59,907 bases of DNA, taken from NCBI GenBank assembly GCA_026391845.1, contig JAPLDG010000338.1, forward strand, positions 1 through 59,907, given 5' to 3'. Below are positions 18,501 to 25,970 of the stretch, one piece after another; position 1 is the first letter of the stretch, and each line of letters begins with the position of its first letter. The notes below the pieces were generated by a model that was not told where the DNA came from, did no database searches, and saw nothing but the letters and a program-made list of their open reading frames with translations. Made by a program: the position numbers and the translations under genes. This DNA is from Bacteroidota bacterium. GTDB lineage: Bacteria > Bacteroidota > Bacteroidia > Bacteroidales > FEN-979.

Positions 18501-20726
18501 CAAACGATTAACAGCACCATATTTCCCGATAGCCACGTTATCCATGATAAATATAGGAAACGGAAGGGAATTCCAGCGATAGTTTTCAGTCATAGTCCCA
18601 CCCGGTAAAACAACCCCGTTATAGGTGTTATTTGTTAAAGTAACTGTTCCGAGGGGATTTTCAATCGTAAGGCTAATCGTTGGATAATAAAAGGCATACA
18701 GATTATTGCTGATGCTAGTGGCGGTGTAATTTGGCAATGATACCGTCGATGTCATATACACTCCTGCTCCACCGTTGTATGATATGGCACAGGTGATCAG
18801 CGATGGGTTTGAATTATACAGATAAAATCCAGCTTCCGTATTGCCGCGGATCGTTGAGTTCTGGACGATCAGATTTGACGTTTCAAGTCGCAGGCCGTGC
18901 CCGTCTGCATTCCGGATATTACACCGCGATAAAAGTGGTTCATTTGTCTGATTGCAAAAAAGATTTGCATTGTTGGCTCCAAAGCCCGCGTTGGCAATTA
19001 CGGTGTAATTAAATTGTGAAGATACGCCGGCATCGCTCTCCGGCGCAAAGTATATGCCATCCCACTTGCCAGTTTCACTGTTATAGGAGAGGAATTTCAC
19101 AGAGTCGGCGACGGTCCCGTTGCAAATCACGTTGGCCTGGCCAATGCTCAATCCGGTCTCAGGCAGGAACAGAATGGTAGTTCCCGCCTGGAAAGTATGC
19201 GTTCCTGTTGTAAATGAAATATCCGATGTGGCCCAGTATGGACTTGCAGCTGCTGTAAATGTGGTAGTGGCATTAAGATTCCCTGTCAGCTGGGTGCCAG
19301 GGGTGACTAATCGCATCTCATTCAACGTTGAATTTAAGGTTGCCGATCCGGTCATGACCGTTGCATATTGCAGGTACTGTTTGGTTTGATTGATGACAAT
19401 CGGGGAAGCAGTTGCCAGCGCAGTCCAATTGCTCCAAATACCGTCACTGCCGGCAAGGCGATAGGTTACCTGCAGGTTTGCCGGCCCGGTATAAGATTTG
19501 GTGAAACAGAGTGAATCGATGTCCCTTGCCGCGCCAAGTTCATAAAACGGATTTGAAACGAACACCCCATGGGCGACGAAATTGGCTGTTAAAACCATAT
19601 TGGCAAAGCGGCTGTTAATGATAGGAGTACCCGAGGTGTTGGTTCCTCCTGTGTAGTAAACCTGACCATTCCCCGTAAATGCGGATCCATCTTTGGTATT
19701 GTCATACATTACATTCAGCGACTGAGTCCAAACCAGTGGTGATGCATCGGCATTGGCATAATAGACTACATTGCTCGGCGTAGAGCCAATCACACCTGCC
19801 ATGACGGTAATAACGCCGTTGGTAACAACCGATGAATGGTTGCTGATAGTCTGCAGCATCGAGGGTCCGGTGGGCCATGCTGTAATAGAGCCATCTGTTG
19901 CCACTGGGGTTGCAACATATAAAGTGCTTGATTTGAAACCTGTGTTGTCATACCCTCCGATGACATATATTTTGTTGTTGTAGGTCACAGTGCTATGTCT
20001 GTTGCGGGCTGCCGGCAGTACGGTACCTGTTGTAAATGCTGAAAGTGTGTTCAATGCATTGACCTTGGTAATGTAAACAGTATTTAATGCTGTTGTTTCA
20101 ACTGTAGCGCTGGCTGATCCCCCGATCACATAGATGTAGCCCATCATATAGGTAGCAGTGTGGCCCCAGCGGTTGGCCGGGAGGGTGACGGCTGAGGTCT
20201 GCCATGCGCCGATCGTTCCATCCGTGTTTATGGCTGCATAATAAATGGTGTTATAAACCTGGGAATCATCGCGGCCGCCCATGACATATATCGTGTTGGT
20301 GCCGATTACCACGGCCGGATCTCGCAAAGCCACCGGCAATGGGTTCAGGGTCGTCCATCCGCTGATACCGCCTGATGAGATGGTTGCAACATAAACAGTA
20401 TTTACACAGTTCACATTATTGTACCCCCCAACCAGATAAACATATCTGTCGTTCCATGAAACAGTTTTATGACCGGCAAGTGTTTGTGGAAGAACGGTGG
20501 TAGTAAGCCATGTGCCTACATCGCTTGCGGCATATTGAAGAGAAACATTGTTGCTGCCGACAATTACGTTGTTCAAAACCCCTTTGTTGAAGTCGGCATC
20601 GGTGGTTTGATAAAATTTAACCTGGGCGGTCAATGTTCCAATGCCCGTCAGCATAAAAGAAATAACTCCCAGGAACAAAACTTTAACTAAAAGTCTGTTT
20701 GTCTGAAAAAGTAATTGATTTTTCAT
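15546..20726 (-). CDS. Giant T9SS-secreted protein: Kelch-type beta-propeller, three right-handed beta-helix modules, dockerin-like and cohesin-like modules
   Basis: Signal/anchor segment. N-terminal Kelch-like repeats (...YV(I/M)GG...). Three 190-aa beta-helix repeats. An EF-hand-like pair, GGVNSTDALAILNHF and ADVNYSHTINGTDAMLVMKRY (dockerin-like). A cohesin-like segment. T9SS CTD (LTVYPNPVTENSMVEFSV...GIYLLKIEQTSGG). It lies 13 nt upstream of the 1191-aa gene, so the two are probably co-transcribed. Confidence 0.8.
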   Translation of the reverse strand: MKNQLLFQTNRLLVKVLFLGVISFMLTGIGTLTAQVKFYQTTDADFNKGVLNNVIVGSNNVSLQYAASDVGTWLTTTVLPQTLAGHKTVSWNDRYVYLVGGYNNVNCVNTVYVATISSGGISGWTTLNPLPVALRDPAVVIGTNTIYVMGGRDDSQVYNTIYYAAINTDGTIGAWQTSAVTLPANRWGHTATYMMGYIYVIGGSASATVETTALNTVYITKVNALNTLSAFTTGTVLPAARNRHSTVTYNNKIYVIGGYDNTGFKSSTLYVATPVATDGSITAWPTGPSMLQTISNHSSVVTNGVITVMAGVIGSTPSNVVYYANADASPLVWTQSLNVMYDNTKDGSAFTGNGQVYYTGGTNTSGTPIINSRFANMVLTANFVAHGVFVSNPFYELGAARDIDSLCFTKSYTGPANLQVTYRLAGSDGIWSNWTALATASPIVINQTKQYLQYATVMTGSATLNSTLNEMRLVTPGTQLTGNLNATTTFTAAASPYWATSDISFTTGTHTFQAGTTILFLPETGLSIGQANVICNGTVADSVKFLSYNSETGKWDGIYFAPESDAGVSSQFNYTVIANAGFGANNANLFCNQTNEPLLSRCNIRNADGHGLRLETSNLIVQNSTIRGNTEAGFYLYNSNPSLITCAISYNGGAGVYMTSTVSLPNYTATSISNNLYAFYYPTISLTIENPLGTVTLTNNTYNGVVLPGGTMTENYRWNSLPFPIFIMDNVAIGKYGAVNRLTIEPGNTIKMVAGKNIQVGYSSWNVNHGGELYAIGAHDSLITFTSINGLAGGWEGIYFEDRSDWSGATSVMDYCIVEKANAYNLYFENTYQPSLNHTIVRNAAQDGIKFYGAYNTITNSTIQSNGRYPLNFTEPLTFPTLNGNTYTGNAINLIAYSGGSLTEHRTFQNDGIGYYILDNILIGRYGEVRRLTIEPGLTLNFASGKNIQIGYTSWNINYGGELYAVGKADSAIVFKPYSDVKGDWNGIYFEDRSDWSGATNQLKYCTISKGNAYNVLCENTGSVTIDHCTLSDALTDGLRYNAGYGSFTYCAFNNNGRYPVNFLDWTSAPVHRNNTFLANTINLMALSGGSYTDNRTIYKDNTEYVVLDNILIGKYGDITRLTIEPGITLNFSSGKNIQLGYSSWNINYGAELYAVGKVDSIITFKPYSSVAGDWNGIYFEDRSDWSGATSSLKYCNISKANGYNVRTENTTQPTLDHCVLTQAVGNGLSCYNSGLTIKNSDFTLNTTNGIYIDGTSTNTLGNTDLLTCNLYSNGTYELYNNSTADVNARYNYWGTGDSTMTTYRIYDKSDNSAKGRVYFYPIAQVPSLATTNTVMTGTVKYANAGANPMKTAAMTVKNFSNATIATTTTNASGVYTFPSFVSGNYKMTITPSAVWGGVNSTDALAILNHFAQIIPLTGINYAAADVNYSHTINGTDAMLVMKRYSTLISSFPAGDYLYNTSTLTVNGSNVTNNITMLCFGDVNASYGPAKKSNSSVGLVHEGSQLVESFSEFDFPVKLKTGMQAGAISLGFYYPEQYLEITGAGLANGVSGFAWTAVDGLFRMGWCDMNALNIGNDEVVVILKMKARDLSGLSSGISLDLFEECEFADALATPNPGAVVSIPTINTTLTGIESEKGFSGLTVYPNPVTENSMVEFSVENPGKVHISLLNILGAHVMDVATGDFSSGAHKVALRASSVKPGIYLLKIEQTSGGKNLSEMIKLVVSY
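16980..18740 (-). repeat. About 3 x 570-bp tandem repeat inside the 1726-aa CDS (190-aa beta-helix modules); boundaries approximate
   Basis: The landmark CCAATCGCT(C/T)C... recurs at 17169, 17739 and 18309, exactly 570 bp apart. Long flanking stretches look roughly 80 percent identical by eye. Confidence 0.75.
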
Positions 20727-20780
20727 AATGAACTGTTTTTAAATTTAGGGTTGGTATTTCATCGATTTAATTTCTTTTCA

Positions 20781-20865
20781 GGACCCCACCCTAAATCCCT
20801 CCCCAAACAGGGAGGGATTTGCTCCCCCTTCCCTTTTTGGGGAAGGGGGTCGGGGGGATGGGGTT
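20781..20865. repeat. Intergenic G/C-tract multi-hairpin element
   Basis: Perfect stems AAATCCCTCCC/GGGAGGGATTT and CCCCCTTCCC/GGGAAGGGGG. Followed by GGGGAAGGGGGTCGGGGGGATGGGG (four G-tracts). Shares motifs with the elements at 8560, 52076 and 55611. Confidence 0.75.
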
Positions 20866-20925
20866 GATCAACAAAATTGCACCTTATTAAAAAAACGCAC
20901 AATGGCCTGTTTGGGTCATTTTCAA

Positions 20926-21555
20926 TCACACGATTTTTTCCTTCAGCGCTTTTGCTACGGCATGAGCTTTAGAATGGACTTGAAGTTTTTCGTAAATATT
21001 CTTCACATGGTTTCTTACGGTTTTCTGTCTGATTAAAAGTGTTTCAGCAATCGCTACGTTGGTCATTCCCTGCGTGATGAGGTTTAAAATTTCCTTTTCA
21101 CGGGGAGTAAGATTTGTTGGAGGAGCCACAATAGCCTTTTGCGGTTGAAACATGGCAAGCACCTGTTTTGCAACCATTGGAGTGAGGGCTGCTCCCCCTT
21201 CATAAACCTGGTGAATGGCTTCGAGGATTTTCTGGGGACTGGTTTTTTTCAGGATATAGCCGTCTGCACCTGCCTTTATCGCGCTCAGAATGCTCTCCTC
21301 ATCATCCTGGATAGTGAGCATGATGATCTTCTGGGCGGGGAATTTTTCCTTGAAAAATGGAATCGCTTCAACTCCTGAAAGTTCCGGAAGATTGATGTCA
21401 AGTAAAATGATATCGGCAGGCTCCTGATTATCGAGCGCTTCTTCTGCCGAGCCCATTGCCCATAAAACCTGATAATCTGTAAAAGAGGAAATGAGGAACA
21501 CAAGACTTTGCCTGAATTCAGAATGATCCTCCACAATTCCGATGGTTATTTTCAT
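20926..21555 (-). CDS. NarL/LuxR-family response regulator
   Basis: Receiver domain (MKITIGIVEDH...DIILLDINLP...) plus a C-terminal LuxR-type HTH (LTPREKEILNLITQGMTNVAIAETLLIRQKTVRNHVKNIYEKL). I place the start at the MKITIG methionine rather than the ORF-track 21588. Confidence 0.9.
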   Translation of the reverse strand: MKITIGIVEDHSEFRQSLVFLISSFTDYQVLWAMGSAEEALDNQEPADIILLDINLPELSGVEAIPFFKEKFPAQKIIMLTIQDDEESILSAIKAGADGYILKKTSPQKILEAIHQVYEGGAALTPMVAKQVLAMFQPQKAIVAPPTNLTPREKEILNLITQGMTNVAIAETLLIRQKTVRNHVKNIYEKLQVHSKAHAVAKALKEKIV

Positions 21556-21613
21556 GTAAAAAATTTGACGCAAATTAAGTAGTAACAACGTATGAAACTA
21601 TAGCCCGTTTGGG

Positions 21614-24600
21614 TCAAATCTTAAAGAAAATTTCTATCCTGCTCCCCGAACCAATCGTTGATTGCACCTTGAGGTCAATTCCCGACTCTGAGGCTCTCCG
21701 GTGCATGTTGATCAGGCCATTCCCATGCGAACCCAGCCGTGGCAGCTCGTTCACGTTGAAGCCCTTACCATCATCTGTTAACTGAATAAAAAAAGTATTG
21801 TCATGATACCAGGTGCGAAGTGTAACATGCCTGGCTGATCCATGCCGGATGATATTGTTCAGCGCCTCTTTCAGGATAAGGAACGCATCATGGCGCAATT
21901 TGTCGCGGAGAATGATCTCGTGGTCGGGGAGTTCAACTTTTTCTTCGAACCGAATCCCATTATCGGTTAATAAATCGAATGTCATGGCGCTCACTTTTGA
22001 GATCAGACTTCGCACGGAATCATTTCGCGGCGCGGTCATCCAGATGATATCAGTAATGGATTGCAAGGCGGTTTGGGTCAGCTCGGAAATTTTGTCAGAC
22101 AACTTTTGGAAATTTAACGGCGACACATTGTTTATTCCTTTCAGCGTACTCGAATAGATGGAAATACTTCCAAGGGTAGAGGCCAGGTCATCATGTAGAT
22201 CACGTGAAATTTTCTCTCTGAGCTCCACCTTTTCCTGTTCGGCTTCTCGTTTCAGGATCATCCTTTCAGTGATCAGATGCAAGATGATCAATCCGATGAT
22301 GGCTACCACCGGTGATATGAAAAATAAGAGAATGGAGGAGCTGAAAAGAAAAACCTGGTCAACCAGGGCGAATACAATGAATATCACCAAACTCATCATC
22401 CATCTGATAACACCGATTCGTGCCGGTCCCTTACGGAGAAAATACAAATAGGCCATCAGAATCAAGAAAACCGCGGCATATTTGGCCATTTCAAGCTGAA
22501 CCTCCGGATCTGTAAAAAACCGGATCACCGCCTTTTTTGAAAATGTATAGTATGCAGCAAATCCCGACTCCTCTTTAACCCGGATGACGGCTCCGGCTTT
22601 GACATCATTGATTCTGACCACTGAGCCGGATGCAGGAAATCTGACTACCGCATAATAATCCTTCCCCGGATTCAGCGCAAAAATCGCCTCCTTAGCCGAA
22701 ATAGAGGCATACCCGCCACCCCCGCTAATTTCCCTGACACCCATGAGGCAGTCTGTTGGTTCATCTGTTTGTGTTGAATATAAGTATATTTTAGCGCCAA
22801 TTGCATTCCGATTCGAGCGTGTACCTGAAAGCTTGAAAGTAACCGCATTTTTTTTCTCCATTTTATTCAGGAACAGGATGCTGCTGCCATTGATAAAATT
22901 TGCTGAATAGAGATCAACATCTCCGTCATTGTCAATATCACCGGCGGCACTTCCTGTGCAATAACCACTTAATTCAGCTCCGAAGTTACCGGTCACCTCC
23001 GTAAAATACTTTCCGTTGATGTTCCGGTACATTACATTTTCGCCAACATTGGTGATATACAAATCCTGAAACCCGTCAAGATCGAAATCGGCAAACACAG
23101 CTCCATTGGTCAGATACACCTTGTTTTCAAAATATTCGGATGTTGCATCTCTGAAGATCCCTTTCCCGTTATTCAAATATAGTTTGTTGGCTACATGCCG
23201 GTTTGCAATAAACAGATCAGAATGGCCATCATTGTTGACATCGGCAAATACCACCCCATTGCTTTTTGCGGGTTCTGATTTCGCAAGGTCAGTTATCCTG
23301 GTAATATCGCGGAATTTTACTTTCCCGTTTCGTGTTTCATTGAGATAGACCTTATTTGAAGGGTACCAGAAAGTAGCGCACAGATCCGGATAACCATCTT
23401 CGTTTACATCACAAAAAGAGACACACATACCTCCTCCGGGGGATGCAACACCAGCGCTATCAGTCACATCGGTAAAGTAACCATTCCCGTCGTTGAGATA
23501 CAACCTGTTGGAACCCTGTTCACTGGTGACAAACAAGTCAACATCCCCATCCAGGTCAACATCTGCAAATGCCGCAGCGTTTGAACGGTGCATGTCCTCA
23601 CAGGCGCGATGATGCTGCTCTGTAACATTTCTGAAATAACCTTTGCCATTGTTCAGCAATAACTTGTTCTTCCCATTCAGCGAACAGAGGTAGATGTCTT
23701 CATCCCCGTCGTTGTCAACATCGGCAACCGCAACGCCCAATTTCAACTCTGATAATACCTGAGACTGCTTATCTCTTGTTGCTCCTGTTGCTCCGCGTTT
23801 TATCCCATCCTCGCTGAACCAAGGGGTCGACAGCAACGGTTTATCCGGATCTGTACTGTTGATATACAATCTGTTGGGATCAGAAATGCAAACTGCGTAA
23901 ATATCATTTTTATCATCGCCGTTAAAATCAGCAAAAGCCACACCGTATTCATTATCCACTTCAATGCCATATACAATTAGTTTTTGGGCAGAAAATCCCG
24001 GATACCTTTCGTTATAAACGGGGAAATTCCGGATCCCGCTGTATAACAGCAAACCATTATCCCCGGCGATCCAGATGTCATTTTTTCCATTAAATGCAAT
24101 GGAGTTGAGCTTTTCTTTTCCCTCATACTTGATCTGCCGTAGAATACCGTTTTGCAGAACCAGGATGAGCCCACCTTCTCCAATAACCCAAAGTTCATTG
24201 TCACGTACACAAATCTTCTTTGCATTTCTGAAGAGGGAATTCTGATATTGCCTGACAATGCTCAACCCATTCAACTCAATAATCGCATCATCACATAAAA
24301 TAAATCCGTGTTCAGGAGTGATGAACTCAAAATCCGTGATCTTCTTATCCGCAAACACCCTCAGAAAACTCCCATTATCAAAGACAAATAATTCATTATA
24401 CTGGCTGAACGCCCAAACCTTATCCGTGGAAAACCCGATAATCTTTGTGATATATCCGCTTGCGCTAACCGGTTTGACTTTTTGGAAAACACCCTTATGA
24501 TATATCACAGCATCTGAATAACTTGCAAAAAAGCCCAGATTTTCTGCAGTAAAAAAGATATCTGTAATATTGTTTCCAAAAGGGGAATGAATATTTTCAG

Positions 24601-25063
24601 TAATCCCGTCATGATGGTGGTATAACATGGAAGTACTGGTTTCCAGCAAGGTGCTGAACCAAAGTTCATCATTTGACAAGGCATAAAATGAGGTGATGGT
24701 ACCTGAAACCGGCAAATCAACCTTTTTCCACGCATCTCCCTCAATGTGGAATATTTTATCCGTCAGAAAGTACCCCTTCCCATCGCGGGTCATCATAATC
24801 TTATGTATTTCCGACTTGGTTCCTGAATTCACCCTGATGAACGATTGAGTCAATCCGGTCCAGGGATTAAAAAAACATGCAATGATCGTCAAAAAGAGCC
24901 ATCTGATCCCGATTGCGGGAAAACCTTGCAGCGAAAAGCGAACGAAAATAACGAAGTGACCCATTGCCGGAAAGTTGACCCGTAAAGGTAAAAAATTAAC
25001 CGGCCGTATTTGGAAATTATCCTGGAAAATTGCCTTCCCCGCTGCCAGTCCACATTTCAGCAA
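21614..25063 (-). CDS. NarL-type sensor histidine kinase with a large extracytoplasmic beta-propeller + FG-GAP/VCBS + ASPIC/UnbV-like region
   Basis: At least seven FG-GAP-type Ca-binding loops (FADFNGDDKNDIY, VADVDNDGDEDIY, FADVDLDGDVDLF, FADVNNDGHSDLF, FADFDLDGFQDLY, AGDIDNDGDVDLY ...). An UnbV/ASPIC-like segment (NRNAIGAKIYLY...GGGGYAS). Several TM helices. HisKA_3 H-box (SRDLHDDLASTL) and HATPase_c (NNIIRH...DDGKGF...GNGLINM). The start is uncertain and may be the M at 24964. Confidence 0.8.
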   Translation of the reverse strand: MLKCGLAAGKAIFQDNFQIRPVNFLPLRVNFPAMGHFVIFVRFSLQGFPAIGIRWLFLTIIACFFNPWTGLTQSFIRVNSGTKSEIHKIMMTRDGKGYFLTDKIFHIEGDAWKKVDLPVSGTITSFYALSNDELWFSTLLETSTSMLYHHHDGITENIHSPFGNNITDIFFTAENLGFFASYSDAVIYHKGVFQKVKPVSASGYITKIIGFSTDKVWAFSQYNELFVFDNGSFLRVFADKKITDFEFITPEHGFILCDDAIIELNGLSIVRQYQNSLFRNAKKICVRDNELWVIGEGGLILVLQNGILRQIKYEGKEKLNSIAFNGKNDIWIAGDNGLLLYSGIRNFPVYNERYPGFSAQKLIVYGIEVDNEYGVAFADFNGDDKNDIYAVCISDPNRLYINSTDPDKPLLSTPWFSEDGIKRGATGATRDKQSQVLSELKLGVAVADVDNDGDEDIYLCSLNGKNKLLLNNGKGYFRNVTEQHHRACEDMHRSNAAAFADVDLDGDVDLFVTSEQGSNRLYLNDGNGYFTDVTDSAGVASPGGGMCVSFCDVNEDGYPDLCATFWYPSNKVYLNETRNGKVKFRDITRITDLAKSEPAKSNGVVFADVNNDGHSDLFIANRHVANKLYLNNGKGIFRDATSEYFENKVYLTNGAVFADFDLDGFQDLYITNVGENVMYRNINGKYFTEVTGNFGAELSGYCTGSAAGDIDNDGDVDLYSANFINGSSILFLNKMEKKNAVTFKLSGTRSNRNAIGAKIYLYSTQTDEPTDCLMGVREISGGGGYASISAKEAIFALNPGKDYYAVVRFPASGSVVRINDVKAGAVIRVKEESGFAAYYTFSKKAVIRFFTDPEVQLEMAKYAAVFLILMAYLYFLRKGPARIGVIRWMMSLVIFIVFALVDQVFLFSSSILLFFISPVVAIIGLIILHLITERMILKREAEQEKVELREKISRDLHDDLASTLGSISIYSSTLKGINNVSPLNFQKLSDKISELTQTALQSITDIIWMTAPRNDSVRSLISKVSAMTFDLLTDNGIRFEEKVELPDHEIILRDKLRHDAFLILKEALNNIIRHGSARHVTLRTWYHDNTFFIQLTDDGKGFNVNELPRLGSHGNGLINMHRRASESGIDLKVQSTIGSGSRIEIFFKI

Positions 25064-25110
25064 AATAAAATTCAGATTTATTATGTAAATTTGTAGAATA
25101 GTTCAGATCG

Positions 25111-25497
25111 ATGAGACCCCGAATCCTTTTCATGGTATTAATTATGGGTTGTTTCTCCGCATTAACGGCGCAGGAGAGCGCTCCAAAAGTTGCAACGACC
25201 GAAGACCGGGCGAAGAACTTCGTGGCCCACATGGCTCCGAAACTCAATCTCAATAAAACCCAAAAAGATTCGCTGACCACGATATACATACAATACATAG
25301 ATGACCTGGAGAAATACCATGCGGGGAACAATGCAAAGGTTATCACCTACATGATGAAAATCAGGGATGATAAGGTGAAGAACCTGCTTCACGATGACCA
25401 GAAATTCGAAAAGTATTTGCGCTTTCTGGAGGACATCAAAAATCAACGGGAACCTTCGACCCCAACCCCGATGCAGCAAAAACAACCACTGCAGTAA
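25111..25497 (+). CDS. Small secreted hypothetical protein (helical, Pro/Gln-rich tail)
   Basis: Signal peptide MRPRILFMVLIMGCFSALTAQ. No recognisable catalytic motif. Confidence 0.5.
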   Translation: MRPRILFMVLIMGCFSALTAQESAPKVATTEDRAKNFVAHMAPKLNLNKTQKDSLTTIYIQYIDDLEKYHAGNNAKVITYMMKIRDDKVKNLLHDDQKFEKYLRFLEDIKNQREPSTPTPMQQKQPLQ

Positions 25498-25550
25498 CCT
25501 CAAAAATGAAGATAATAATAAACAATGCCTGATCATCACAACAAAAAGCG

Positions 25551-25970
25551 ATGCCAAAATACGCTGGCGGGAGCGAAGCTTTCAGGGAATTTATTGCCGC
25601 TAACCTGCACTATCCGGAAGATGCCCTTGAGTCGGGGGTGGAGGGAACGGTTATCATTGAATATGATGTTCACGACAATGGCCTGGTTCAGCATCCGAGA
25701 ATATTGAAAGGGATCGGCCATGGCTGCGACGAAGAGGCCATGCGGCTGGTTGCCATGCTCCGCTTCGAAAAAGTAAAAAACAGGGGTTTGAGAGTGAAAA
25801 TGACGACCAAAACAACCATCCATTTCAAATTACCGGCAGGGGTCAGGATCAGTTATTCCGTTTCCGGCAAAGATGAGCCTGCAAAAAAAAGTGATCCGGA
25901 TCCGGACAAACCTGCACCGGTAACCTATGAATACACCATCACCATCGGTCAATCACCTCAGGATCAATAA
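25551..25970 (+). CDS. TonB C-terminal-domain protein with no anchor or linker
   Basis: GGSEAFREFIAANLHYPEDALESGVEGTVIIEYDVHDNGLV fits the TonB_C pattern (GG..A...F...N..YP..A...G..G.V.V.F.V...G.V). An in-frame TGA at 25530 precludes an N-terminal extension as the sequence stands. Confidence 0.65.
   Translation: MPKYAGGSEAFREFIAANLHYPEDALESGVEGTVIIEYDVHDNGLVQHPRILKGIGHGCDEEAMRLVAMLRFEKVKNRGLRVKMTTKTTIHFKLPAGVRISYSVSGKDEPAKKSDPDPDKPAPVTYEYTITIGQSPQDQ

Noticed and set aside
20900-20918. A 19-nt motif C(A/T)AT(G/A)GCC(T/C)GTTTGGGTCA found at the 3' ends of both the response-regulator gene (20900-20918) and the kinase gene (21598-21616).
   Set aside because: There are only two copies at 16/19 identity, and one overlaps a stop codon. 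I cannot distinguish this from chance or a local duplication remnant without genome-wide counts.
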